This document shows, in pieces, positions 27,762 through 36,410 of a stretch of 39,174 nucleotides of DNA (the first letter of the stretch is position 1; each line of letters starts with the position of its first letter). Both the position numbers and the translations under genes were made by a program. The notes under the pieces were generated by a model. That model was not told where the DNA came from. It did not search any database and worked only from the letters and a program-made list of their open reading frames with translations. The DNA is from Acidobacteriota bacterium (lineage in GTDB: Bacteria > Acidobacteriota > Terriglobia > Bryobacterales > JACQDG01), in assembly GCA_016201185.1 (NCBI GenBank), contig JACQDG010000156.1:1-39174 (forward strand), written 5' to 3'.

Positions 27762-30700
27762 ATGGACTCAAGGCGGCCGCAGCAGGCAATCTTCCTTGTT
27801 GGGGTCGCCTTAACCATTGGGGCTGTGACTTCCCTGGCTCAGACCACCCAGGGCCTGATTGCGGGCCGCGTGGTGGACTCACAGACCGGAGGCCCGATTG
27901 CCGGGGCGCAAGTCAATTACTGGAACGCGGCCACAAGCGAGACAGGCGCCACGCGAACGGGCGGCCCGGGTTACTATGTCTTGCCGATGCTTTCCCCGGG
28001 CTCGTATCGCATCCGTGTCACCGACCAGCGCTACCAGGCGCAGGAGGTCCAGGAGCTAGAACTGCCGGTGGCCGGGCGTATTGACTTGAACTTTCATTTG
28101 CGACCGCTGAGCGATGTCTGGGAGGCGGGCCAGTACCGGAGCGTGTTCCTGCCGGGATCCAAGAGGGTAGTGACCTTCTTCGGGCCTGACGTAGATACCA
28201 GCCACTCCGGATCGCTGGAAGCAACGCGGGGAAGCCGGGGTGCGTTGGAATCCACGGTTTCCCAGGTCATTGACCCGGCCCAGGTTCAGGATCTGCCCCT
28301 GGCCGGTCGCGACGTTTACACCATGCTCGTTACGCAACCGGCCGTCACGGCAGACACTACCACGGGCCGCGGCCTCGGGTTGTCGATCAATGGCCAGAGG
28401 CCAACCTCCTCCAACTTCATGCTGGACGGACTGGAAAACAACAACTATCTGGTCAGCGGGCCGCTGACGGCGATTGCTCCGGAGGCGGTCCAAGAATACC
28501 GCGTTTCCATCAGCAATTTTTCGGCCGAGTACGGACGAACGGCGGGCTATCTGGCGAATGCCATTACGCGTTCCGGCGGGAGCCAGTGGCATGGCATCGG
28601 ATATTACTACCTGAAGAACGACGCTCTCAACGCCAACGGTTTTCAAGAAAACCTGCGGGGGCTTTCGCGGCCTCCCCTAAAAGAAGCGCAATTAGGATTT
28701 CAGGCCGGAGGCCCCATCCTCGGCAAGTCTTTGTTTGCCTCCAGCGCCTTTGATCATCTGCGCAGTCGCACGCTCTTTGACCCACAGACAATCGCCGTCC
28801 CCACCGGCCACTTCGACTTTACGGCTCCCCTTGCGCGCCAGCTAATGCAGCGATTTCCCGCTCCCGCCGGCACTGAAACCAGCGCAACTACGGCGCAATT
28901 GAATATAGCCCAGCCGCTGTCGGTGGACCGATCGCTGGCCCTGGAACGCGTCGATTATGTACCGCCCTCGGGCCGGCATCGGCTGATGGCCCGCCTGGCG
29001 CTGGCCCGGCTCTCCCGTCCGGATTTTATCTGGAGCCCATACAAAGATTTTGTTTCCGGTCTCGAAGAGCCCGACATTGGCGTGGCCTTCAGCGCGGTCA
29101 GTTCCTTCAAAGCCAGGCTGGTGAATGAAGCCCGGTTTGGCTGGAGCCAGGACGACCTTCATTGGGATCGAGCGCATCCTGAAATACCTGCGCTCGCTTC
29201 CAGCGATGGCGCCTTTTTGCCGGGAAGCCCGGCCTTTTACGACTTTCGGAACCATAGTCGAAACTGGGAGGCAGCGGACAATCTGGTCTGGGCGCAAGGC
29301 CGGCACATCGTCAAGTTCGGAGGCAGTTTTCTTCTGCGCCGAATAGATGGATATCTTACAGCGGGCCGCGATGGGCGTTATTTATTCGACTCAACGTTCA
29401 GCTTTTTTCGGGATTCGCCCAGTTACTTTACTGCGTCGCTGGCGCGAGAAGCTCTTTCCCAGAAGTTTCAACAGAAGTTTCAACAGCCGGACTTTCAGCG
29501 AGGCTATGGATACAACCAATATTCTTTTTTCGTCCAAGACACCGTGAGAGTGACCCCGCGGCTAGCGGTGAACGTGGGGCTTCGTTACGAAGCTTTTGGC
29601 GCGCCTCGCAACACCGGTCAGGTGAAAGATGGTGTGGTCGCCCTCGGCTCGGGCGCAGATTTTGTTCAGCGCCTGGCATCGGCCGGTTTGGTGTTTCCGC
29701 AAACCGGGGACCAAAGCCTTTACCAGCCGGACAACGGAGACTGGGCGCCGCGTTTCGGCTTCTCCTATGATCTCAGAGGTAATGCCCGCACGGTGGTGCG
29801 TGGCGGCTTCGGCATATTCTACGATCGCCCCTTCGACAATCTCTGGCAATCTCTGCGCAACAACGGCTTTGTTCTCGCTACCTTCTGCCTTCAACCAACC
29901 AACTGCCTTCTAGGCCTGCCAACCAATTATCTGGCGCCGATTGCAAGCGTATTGCCGCTCTACCAGGGCCGGCGTTTTCCCACGAATTTTCCAAGCCCGA
30001 CGCTGTTCGAGCAAGATCTTCGCAACGGTTACGTGGAAAGCTTTTTCTTTGGCGTGCAGCAACAAATAACCGAGGCGTGGTCGTTGGAAGTCAACACGCT
30101 CGGCGCTCTAGGCCGGCGTCTGATCACCACCGATCAAGTGAACCGGCTCAGTAAACTGAACCCGCTTCCAACGATTTCCTATCGTGGCAGTCAAGGTCTT
30201 TCTGATTACAGTGCCCTCACGGCAGTGGCCCGTTATCGCGCCGGGCGAAAACAGTTCCAGTTCGCTTATACCTGGAGCCATTCGATCGATAACCAGAGTG
30301 ACCCGTTGGCCGGGGATTTTTTTGATCTCAGCTTTGTCAAGGTGGGGTCGGGCAGCCGACCAGGCGCCCAAGCAGCCTTTGCCCGCCAGTTCGATAGCAG
30401 GGGCGACCGGGGCAGCTCTGACTTTGACCAGCGGCACAACCTGGTCTTTTTCTCCATTTGGGATCTGCCGGCCTTCTTCTCTGCCTCCAGGGCGGGCGCG
30501 CTCTTCCGGGACTGGAGATTTTCCCAATTGGCCGCTTTTCGCTCCGGGTTTCCTTACACCGTGTTTGTACCGCTTTTAGACGTCATATACAACAATCGGG
30601 CCGATGTGATTGACCCGGCCCGCACCGTAATCTCGCAGCCCGCTAAAGGCGGCAAACTCCTTCTGAACTCGAGCGCGTTTCAAATTCCGGAAGCCGGCAT

Positions 30701-31001
30701 GCTCGGAAATTCCGGCCGCAACGCCTTCGCCGGGCCGGGGCTTTACAATATCGACATTTCGCTGAGCCGTTCGTTTCCCGTGCGCCGACTGGGTGAATCC
30801 GGCAAGGTTACCTTGCGCGCCGACTTGTTCAATTTTTTGAATCACGCCAACCTGAATAATCCCGATGCACAATTGGGGCAACAGAGCACTTTTGGGATTG
30901 CGACGTTCGGCCGCAATGGTTTCAACAGTGGCTTCCCGGCATTAACTCCCTTCAACGAAACTCCCCGGGAAATTCAGTTGCTGTTGAGGCTTGAATTCTG
31001 A
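27762..31001 (+). CDS. TonB-dependent receptor with an N-terminal CarboxypepD_reg domain (Acidobacteria type)
   Basis: Signal peptide (AIFLVGVALTIGAVTSLAQT). GRVVDSQTGGPIAGAQV...GYYVLPMLSPGSYRIRV. Plug-like region (DLPLAGRDVYTMLVTQPAV...INGQRPTSSNFMLDGLENNN). Long beta-barrel ending in ...LLLRLEF. Confidence 0.8.
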   Translation: MDSRRPQQAIFLVGVALTIGAVTSLAQTTQGLIAGRVVDSQTGGPIAGAQVNYWNAATSETGATRTGGPGYYVLPMLSPGSYRIRVTDQRYQAQEVQELELPVAGRIDLNFHLRPLSDVWEAGQYRSVFLPGSKRVVTFFGPDVDTSHSGSLEATRGSRGALESTVSQVIDPAQVQDLPLAGRDVYTMLVTQPAVTADTTTGRGLGLSINGQRPTSSNFMLDGLENNNYLVSGPLTAIAPEAVQEYRVSISNFSAEYGRTAGYLANAITRSGGSQWHGIGYYYLKNDALNANGFQENLRGLSRPPLKEAQLGFQAGGPILGKSLFASSAFDHLRSRTLFDPQTIAVPTGHFDFTAPLARQLMQRFPAPAGTETSATTAQLNIAQPLSVDRSLALERVDYVPPSGRHRLMARLALARLSRPDFIWSPYKDFVSGLEEPDIGVAFSAVSSFKARLVNEARFGWSQDDLHWDRAHPEIPALASSDGAFLPGSPAFYDFRNHSRNWEAADNLVWAQGRHIVKFGGSFLLRRIDGYLTAGRDGRYLFDSTFSFFRDSPSYFTASLAREALSQKFQQKFQQPDFQRGYGYNQYSFFVQDTVRVTPRLAVNVGLRYEAFGAPRNTGQVKDGVVALGSGADFVQRLASAGLVFPQTGDQSLYQPDNGDWAPRFGFSYDLRGNARTVVRGGFGIFYDRPFDNLWQSLRNNGFVLATFCLQPTNCLLGLPTNYLAPIASVLPLYQGRRFPTNFPSPTLFEQDLRNGYVESFFFGVQQQITEAWSLEVNTLGALGRRLITTDQVNRLSKLNPLPTISYRGSQGLSDYSALTAVARYRAGRKQFQFAYTWSHSIDNQSDPLAGDFFDLSFVKVGSGSRPGAQAAFARQFDSRGDRGSSDFDQRHNLVFFSIWDLPAFFSASRAGALFRDWRFSQLAAFRSGFPYTVFVPLLDVIYNNRADVIDPARTVISQPAKGGKLLLNSSAFQIPEAGMLGNSGRNAFAGPGLYNIDISLSRSFPVRRLGESGKVTLRADLFNFLNHANLNNPDAQLGQQSTFGIATFGRNGFNSGFPALTPFNETPREIQLLLRLEF

Positions 31002-31293
31002 CGAGCCAGATTTGCCTACCCCGGGTGCAACGCACAACGTGAACTGACGCTGTTCCACATGCCCGGGGCTGGTAGCAACACCTCACCGTGATGCCAGTAG
31101 CACTACCACCACGAGCGCTACCCAAATCCAAACCAGAAGCCGCAAAGTTCAGCGAGCAAGCGGCCGCCATTAAAGGCCCGCTCGCGCAGGAGGCCTTTCA
31201 CAATGCGCTGGTGATGAAAACCGAGGCCGGGAAGATGGGCGCCCGCTAGGCGGGCGGGTGTTCATGCACCGGCGAGGTTGCTGCCAGGCAGAG

Positions 31294-33549
31294 TCATTTC
31301 CGCAGGCGTGAGGCAATTTTCTCCCGTATGCCGATGGGGTCGAAACCGGCGGCGGCGTAGATTTCGTCGGACCGCCCGGACCGGGTGAAATGGTCGATGC
31401 CGAAACCACGCTTCTCGTGGTCCGCCGGCATCATCAGGGGATAAAGGAACCCCTTCCACCCGTTGTGGAACGCGAGGGCCTCCCGGCGCTCGTCGTCAGA
31501 GAGAATCGCTTCGGCTTTTTGCGGATCCCTTCGGCGAAGCTCTTCGAAAAGCTGTGGGGACGTGACGGCGACGATCTTGATGTCCGCCTCGCCGTCGAAA
31601 TACGGCAGGGCCGCCAGCACGTTCGCCATTACCTGTCCCCCGCATACCAACGCCGCAAACTTCTTCTTGCCGTTTTCCGAATACGGCTTGAAGACGTAGG
31701 CGCCGTTTACCGCCTCGGAGGCAGGCGGGACACCGTTGCCCCTGTGGAACACGGGAACCGGCGGGCGCACGACTGAAAAGGCCACCGGCTCCCCTCGGCT
31801 GGCAGCATGGAAGAGCATCTCAACCGCTTCGTTCGCGTCCAGTGGCTTGTAGACCTTGATGCCGGGATAGGCCGAATAGAGCGACATCCAGAAAAGCCCG
31901 TGGTGGGTGGGGCCGTCTTCCCCGGTTTCGGGGCCATCATGCGCGGCGAGCAGGATGAAGAACCCGCGCGACCGTGGGTTCACCTCGTTGCTGATGAGGG
32001 CCATCCGGACGGCATTGGCCATCATCACGGAAAATACCCCGTAGCTCGCGAACGCCGTCATCGGACGGAAATCGCCAGGCAGGATGTCTCCCGCCATCGT
32101 CACGCACATCATGGCCATGTTCTGCTCGGCAATGCCGAACCGGATGCCTCTGCCGAGGGGGTTCTCCCTGCTCATCACTCCGTAGATCTCCTCGGCTTTC
32201 CCGGTAAGGATCGACTTTGCCAGATCCCCGGCTCCGACGTAAAAGAAGGGGCTTCGCCGCATCAACCAGACGAACCAAGCTTCCGTTGCTTTTCGGGTAG
32301 GCACACGGTCGCCTTCCTTGAAGACCAGTTCCGGCGGCAGCACGTCAGGCCGCGCAATGGTCGAGTAATCTGCCAGGGGCCTGTCCCCCAGGGCCGTTCT
32401 CATGACCTGCGCCAGGCAAGGTTCGGAGGGGAGCAACGAGCGCGCGGCGTCTAGACGCCGTATGAGGTACTCGACCTCCTCCTCCGCAAGGGCGGCCAGC
32501 ACGGCTCCGATGTCCCTCGGCGTGTTTCCTTCCTCGGCGGACACCTCGAAGCCGAGAGCCTTCATTACTTGGACATACTCGCCGTGGGCGAGGGGCGTGC
32601 CGTGCGAATCGGCGGTCCCCTCGAGCCTCCCGTAATGTTTCCCTTTCAGGGTGTGGCAGATGATCACCGTCGGCGCCCGGTTGCCGAAACCGGCGGCCGC
32701 TTTGCGGTAGGCGTAAGCGAGTTCCCGGACATTGTGGCCGTTTACCTCGATGACGTTCCAGCCGAACGCGGACCAATGGCGCGTATACGGGAGCGGCAGA
32801 ACATCGGCCACCGGGCCGTCAATACCGAAGGTGTTATAGTCGAGGGCGACGATGATATTATCCATGCCGAGGTTCGACGCGAGGTTCCGCGCTTCATAGC
32901 TCATGCCCTCTTCGGTCTCGGCATCTCCGCCGATGATGAATACCTTCGTCGGCAGGCCGCAGGAACGGTGCAGCGCAGCGAGCCCCAACCCTGCGGAAAA
33001 GCCGTGTCCGGAAGACCCGGTGCAGGCGTCGGCCAGAGCTATCTCCGATTCCACATGCCCGCTCGGCCCGCCGTAGCGGCGGAACGAGGCCAGGTCTTCC
33101 GGGTAGGTGATCGCCTCGCGAATCCCTTGCGGGGGATGGATGCCATGACGGCGGAGAGATTCGTACACCAGGGAAACGACCGCATGAAAGAGAGGAGAGC
33201 AGTGCCCTGCCGACCATACGATCCGGTCGCGCCCGGGATGCTTTGGGCGCATGGCATCGAATCCGAGAACGCCGGAAGCGAGAAGCGTAACCACCATCTC
33301 GGTCTTCGAGGACGAGCCGCCAGGATGTCCGGATTTGGCTCCGTCCACGGCGGTAAAGGCCAACCCCCGCACGATTCGGGCGAGCTTCGAAAGCTTTTCT
33401 TCCTCGATGCCTTCGAGTTCTGCGAGGGCAAGCCCCCTGAGATCCAGGAAGGCCCCGCCTTCTCCCCCAGGGCAGAAACGGCCCGGCTCGCTCCCTTCGA
33501 GCGCCGCGAGCGCGCCCTCGTCCAGGACGTTGAAGCTGTTGCCGGGCAT
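31294..33549 (-). CDS. tkt: Transketolase (long form with an N-terminal extension of about 40 aa)
   Basis: AKSGHPGGSSS, GHCSP, TGSSGHGFSAGLGLA, IGGDAETEEGMSYEA and GIAEQNM are ThDP/transketolase signatures. Confidence 0.85.
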   Translation of the reverse strand: MPGNSFNVLDEGALAALEGSEPGRFCPGGEGGAFLDLRGLALAELEGIEEEKLSKLARIVRGLAFTAVDGAKSGHPGGSSSKTEMVVTLLASGVLGFDAMRPKHPGRDRIVWSAGHCSPLFHAVVSLVYESLRRHGIHPPQGIREAITYPEDLASFRRYGGPSGHVESEIALADACTGSSGHGFSAGLGLAALHRSCGLPTKVFIIGGDAETEEGMSYEARNLASNLGMDNIIVALDYNTFGIDGPVADVLPLPYTRHWSAFGWNVIEVNGHNVRELAYAYRKAAAGFGNRAPTVIICHTLKGKHYGRLEGTADSHGTPLAHGEYVQVMKALGFEVSAEEGNTPRDIGAVLAALAEEEVEYLIRRLDAARSLLPSEPCLAQVMRTALGDRPLADYSTIARPDVLPPELVFKEGDRVPTRKATEAWFVWLMRRSPFFYVGAGDLAKSILTGKAEEIYGVMSRENPLGRGIRFGIAEQNMAMMCVTMAGDILPGDFRPMTAFASYGVFSVMMANAVRMALISNEVNPRSRGFFILLAAHDGPETGEDGPTHHGLFWMSLYSAYPGIKVYKPLDANEAVEMLFHAASRGEPVAFSVVRPPVPVFHRGNGVPPASEAVNGAYVFKPYSENGKKKFAALVCGGQVMANVLAALPYFDGEADIKIVAVTSPQLFEELRRRDPQKAEAILSDDERREALAFHNGWKGFLYPLMMPADHEKRGFGIDHFTRSGRSDEIYAAAGFDPIGIREKIASRLRK

Positions 33550-33566
33550 CAGCGCCTCCCTACGCG

Positions 33567-34124
33567 CTATCTTACCTCGCCGGTGGAGACTATCTGGTTT
33601 CCGGTGACACGGGCGCTGCCGTACACCTGGGCGCCGCCGCAGACTTCGGCGTCACCGCAGACGGTCGCCTCATCGAACACCCAGGCATTTTCAAAAACCT
33701 TGGCATGGTCGTGGATCGCGACATGTCCGGAAGCGCGCGCATTGCCGGAGACCCTAGCATTGCCATAGACCATGGCACTGCCGAAGATCTCGGCGCAATC
33801 GGTCACCTCGGCGTTTTCAAAAACGGTCGCGCGATCGCGGATTCTCGCCCGGTCGGTGATCTTCGCTTGCTGCAGGACGACCGCATCTTCGCTGGCCTCG
33901 CTGTTGCCGCTAATGAAGGCACCGCCGCCGACACAAGCCCGGCCGGTAATACGAGCCCTCTCGAGAACCTTGGCCCGGCCTTTCACCATTGCGCGCGATC
34001 CAACAAACGCAGTCTCGGCCACCTCGGCGGTTTCGGCCACGAGACCCCCGCCGTTGGGATGGTGCCGATACTTCACGCCGTCAATTTCAACCGCGTAACC
34101 CGTGTAGAGGACATTTACCGCCAT
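33567..34124 (-). CDS. Left-handed beta-helix (hexapeptide-repeat) protein, YdcK-like, with no recognisable catalytic module
   Basis: About 25 consecutive A-x-[VI]-x-x-x hexads (AEVAET AFVGSR AMVKGR AKVLER ARITGR ... AEVCGG AQVYGS ARVTGN) follow a short N-terminal YAVEIDGVKYRHH segment. Confidence 0.6.
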   Translation of the reverse strand: MAVNVLYTGYAVEIDGVKYRHHPNGGGLVAETAEVAETAFVGSRAMVKGRAKVLERARITGRACVGGGAFISGNSEASEDAVVLQQAKITDRARIRDRATVFENAEVTDCAEIFGSAMVYGNARVSGNARASGHVAIHDHAKVFENAWVFDEATVCGDAEVCGGAQVYGSARVTGNQIVSTGEVR

Positions 34125-34166
34125 GGATCCCCCCTTATGGGACCGGGAATCAACAGAATCTTCCTC

Positions 34167-35135
34167 TCAGTGCGCCGGATGCAGGGTCAACTTCTGCACC
34201 CGCCAGTTCAAGAGCTCGCCCACGTAAAGCACGTTCTCGGAGGGACATGCTATTTCATGTATCCAGCCGAACTGGCCTGGCTGTTTGCCGTATTTTCCGA
34301 AGACCCCCCGGAGATTGCCGTCCAAGTCCAACTTGAAAATCTTTCCGGACATGGCGTCTGAGCTGTAAAGCGCCTGATTGGGGCCGGGCGTGATACAAAT
34401 GGCCCAGGGCGCCTCGACGTTCGTGAACTGTTTCAGGAACTTCCCGTCATCATCGAAGACCTGAATGCGCTTGTTTCCGCGGTCCCCCACGTACACAAGG
34501 CCCTTGGCGTCGGCGGCGATGGTGTGCGGGGTGTTCAACTCGCCGGGAGCCGTGCCCCTCTTGCCCCACGCCGTGATCCAGTTGCCGTACTTATCCACCT
34601 TCGCGACGCGCGAATTCCCGTATCCATCGCTGATGTAGCTGTTTCCCGCGGGGTCCCAGGCCACATCGGTAGGCCTGTTGAAAAGCCCGTCGCGGGCGGG
34701 AGGCGGGGGGGCGCCTGGAACATGGGGCGCGGGGGGCTCCACGGCCTCCGGCTTTCTTCCCAGAACCATCACAACCCGGCCCTCGGGGTTGAACTTGATC
34801 ACCATGTTCGACCCTTCATCCACGCACCAGATGTAGTCGTCCCTGTCGATTCGCACGGTGTGGGCGAATGTGAAGCCGTACAAGTCATTGCCGATGATGC
34901 GAAGGAAGGTTCCGTCGGGACCAAATTCCAAAAGCTGCGTGTGGCCGCTTCGGGAGTAAACGAAGATGTGCCCTTTGGAATTCAGCGCCACGCCCGCCGC
35001 TTCGCCCAGGTAGAGGTTCGGCGGGAGCTTCAGCAGGTTCGGATCGGCCTCGAAAGGTATTTCGGGCGCCGACTGCGGCTGGGCAAAGACGGCGGCATTC
35101 AGTACCAATAGCAGCACGATCAAACAGCTTCTCAA
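34167..35135 (-). CDS. Secreted NHL-repeat six-bladed beta-propeller, peptidyl-alpha-hydroxyglycine alpha-amidating lyase (PAL)-like
   Basis: NHL-like blades (GVALNSKGHIFVYSR; HTVRIDRDDYIWCVDEGSNMVIKFNPEGR; PTDVAWDPAGNSYISDGYGNSRVAKVDKYG; PHTIAADAKGLVYVGDRGNKRIQVFDDDGK). I chose the TTG start at 35135, preceded by AGGAGG (35141..35146), which gives the signal peptide LRSCLIVLLLVLNAAVFAQ. Confidence 0.65.
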   Translation of the reverse strand: MRSCLIVLLLVLNAAVFAQPQSAPEIPFEADPNLLKLPPNLYLGEAAGVALNSKGHIFVYSRSGHTQLLEFGPDGTFLRIIGNDLYGFTFAHTVRIDRDDYIWCVDEGSNMVIKFNPEGRVVMVLGRKPEAVEPPAPHVPGAPPPPARDGLFNRPTDVAWDPAGNSYISDGYGNSRVAKVDKYGNWITAWGKRGTAPGELNTPHTIAADAKGLVYVGDRGNKRIQVFDDDGKFLKQFTNVEAPWAICITPGPNQALYSSDAMSGKIFKLDLDGNLRGVFGKYGKQPGQFGWIHEIACPSENVLYVGELLNWRVQKLTLHPAH

Positions 35136-35460
35136 GGTAACCTCCTGCAAGCGAGTTGTCCTGTAGCAAAAAAAACAACAACAGAGCGATCTCCCGGTAT
35201 TTCCGTTCTGAAATGCCGGGTAGCTGGAAGTGTACACCAGACGGGCAGGCAGTGTCCTAACTAAGAGAGTGTGGCTGAATTAGTGGTCGTGCGCACGCAA
35301 ACGACGGAATGGCCCGCTCTGTTCCCTTTGAGGGCCCTATTCAGATCTCAGAATCACCAGACACTTAAGGACTTTGGCCGCGGGAGGGTAGGGAGCCCGC
35401 AACTACGCCAGGTGTACTGCGCCTTCCGTCGGGCCTGGTTGGTTAAGGGAGCGGCGGGAG

Positions 35461-35670
35461 TCAGGAAGCGGGCCGGGCGGGATCATCGCCGGGCGCGGCC
35501 TGTGGGCGCAAAACTTCCGTGGTTTCTTCGCCGGTTAGGTCCTGTCCCGGGCCGCGCTGCGTCTTCAGAAGCTTGCGCTCCGCGCGCCGCTCCATCTTTC
35601 TGCGCTGCTTTTCCTGCCGGGCCAGTTCCTTTTGCCGTTTCTGAAAAGTCGTCTTCTGTTTGTTAGGCAT
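35461..35670 (-). CDS. Small, highly basic hypothetical protein (69 aa)
   Basis: An AAGGA RBS lies 7 nt upstream of the ATG. The ORF is 32 nt downstream of the RRM gene on the same strand. The N-terminus is Lys/Arg-rich (KRQKELARQEKQRRKMERRAERK). I do not recognise a family. Confidence 0.35.
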   Translation of the reverse strand: MPNKQKTTFQKRQKELARQEKQRRKMERRAERKLLKTQRGPGQDLTGEETTEVLRPQAAPGDDPARPAS

Positions 35671-35702
35671 CGTGGATTCCTTTGCCGCAATCGCGCCGGG
35701 GA

Positions 35703-36050
35703 TTACCAGCGTGGTTCACGCGGTGGCCGGCCGGAGCCTCGGCCGCCCCTTCCGCCGCGCCCACCACGCTCGCCGAACCCGCCGCTGGGACGGAAGCCGC
35801 CTCCTCGTTCCACTTTCGGGCGAGCTTCGTTAACGTTGATCGTCCGGCCTTGGAGATCGCTGCCGTTCAGCGCAGCGATGGCCTTTTCGCCGCCCTCGGA
35901 CGACATTTCCACAAACCCGAATCCGCGCGGTTTACCCGTGTCGCGATCCATCACAATTTGCATGGACTGCACCTCGCCGAAGGGCTCAAACAATCCCTGC
36001 AGATCACCTTCGTTAGCGCTAAATGGAAGGTTACCAATAAAGATACGCAT
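35703..36050 (-). CDS. RRM-type RNA-binding protein with an Arg/Gly-rich tail
   Basis: RNP2 IFIGNL and RNP1 KPRGFGFVEM, followed by a C-terminal GGFGERGGRGGRGGRGSG tail. I chose the start at the ATG at 36050 (MRIFIGNL); the upstream 87 codons of the track ORF look non-coding. Confidence 0.85.
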   Translation of the reverse strand: MRIFIGNLPFSANEGDLQGLFEPFGEVQSMQIVMDRDTGKPRGFGFVEMSSEGGEKAIAALNGSDLQGRTINVNEARPKVERGGGFRPSGGFGERGGRGGRGGRGSGRPPREPRW

Positions 36051-36323
36051 AGTTCTTGCTCCAGTTATTTCGGAAAGCGCGCTTTCGCCTTGTGAAGGTC
36101 GGGCCTGCTTCCCGTCAACAGAAAGAACGCTGTCCAGCGGTTCAAGAAGAGCATCTGCCTCGGTTATCCCGAGGTGGTGAGCCGCAACTGAGGTCGCCAG
36201 CGAACGCTTTTTCCAACGTGCCATTTTAATGGTAGCACATCTGGGGTGCTGAGGCTCAAGAATCGTCGCCCCAAGCTCTGAAATACAAGGGCGAGGCCGG
36301 GGGGGAGACAAGTGGCGTTTTTC

Positions 36324-36352
36324 TTGACAGGGGATTTCTGGCGTGATAGTCT
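36324..36352 (+). promoter_or_regulatory. Candidate sigma70 promoter for the downstream TonB-dependent receptor (-35 TTGACA, 17-bp spacer, extended -10 TGaTAGTCT)
   Basis: TTGACA at 36324..36329, TG at 36344..36345 and TAGTCT at 36347..36352. An AAGGAGG RBS at 36399..36405 precedes the ATG at 36411. Confidence 0.45.
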
Positions 36353-36410
36353 CCTTTCAATCAAGGGGCTGGCAGTGGTACTTCGCAGGGGCAACCTTAA
36401 GGAGGCTGAG

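Noticed and set aside
31091-31249. 52-aa plus-strand ORF (MPVALPPRALPKSKPEAAKFSEQAAAIKGPLAQEAFHNALVMKTEAGKMGAR) in the 290-bp convergent gap between the receptor and tkt
   Set aside because: It has no RBS; the upstream sequence is CACCTC. The first third shows atypical low-GC3 codons, and I do not recognise a family. It could be a remnant or a real small protein, but there is not enough support.
32569-33768. 399-aa plus-strand ORF
   Set aside because: It is antisense to transketolase and to the start of the beta-helix gene. It is a high-GC shadow ORF.
33705-34361. 218-aa and 108-aa plus-strand ORFs over the beta-helix gene
   Set aside because: They are produced by the 18-bp periodic hexapeptide repeat, which keeps several frames open. 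The minus-strand A-x-V-x-x-x reading is the coherent one.
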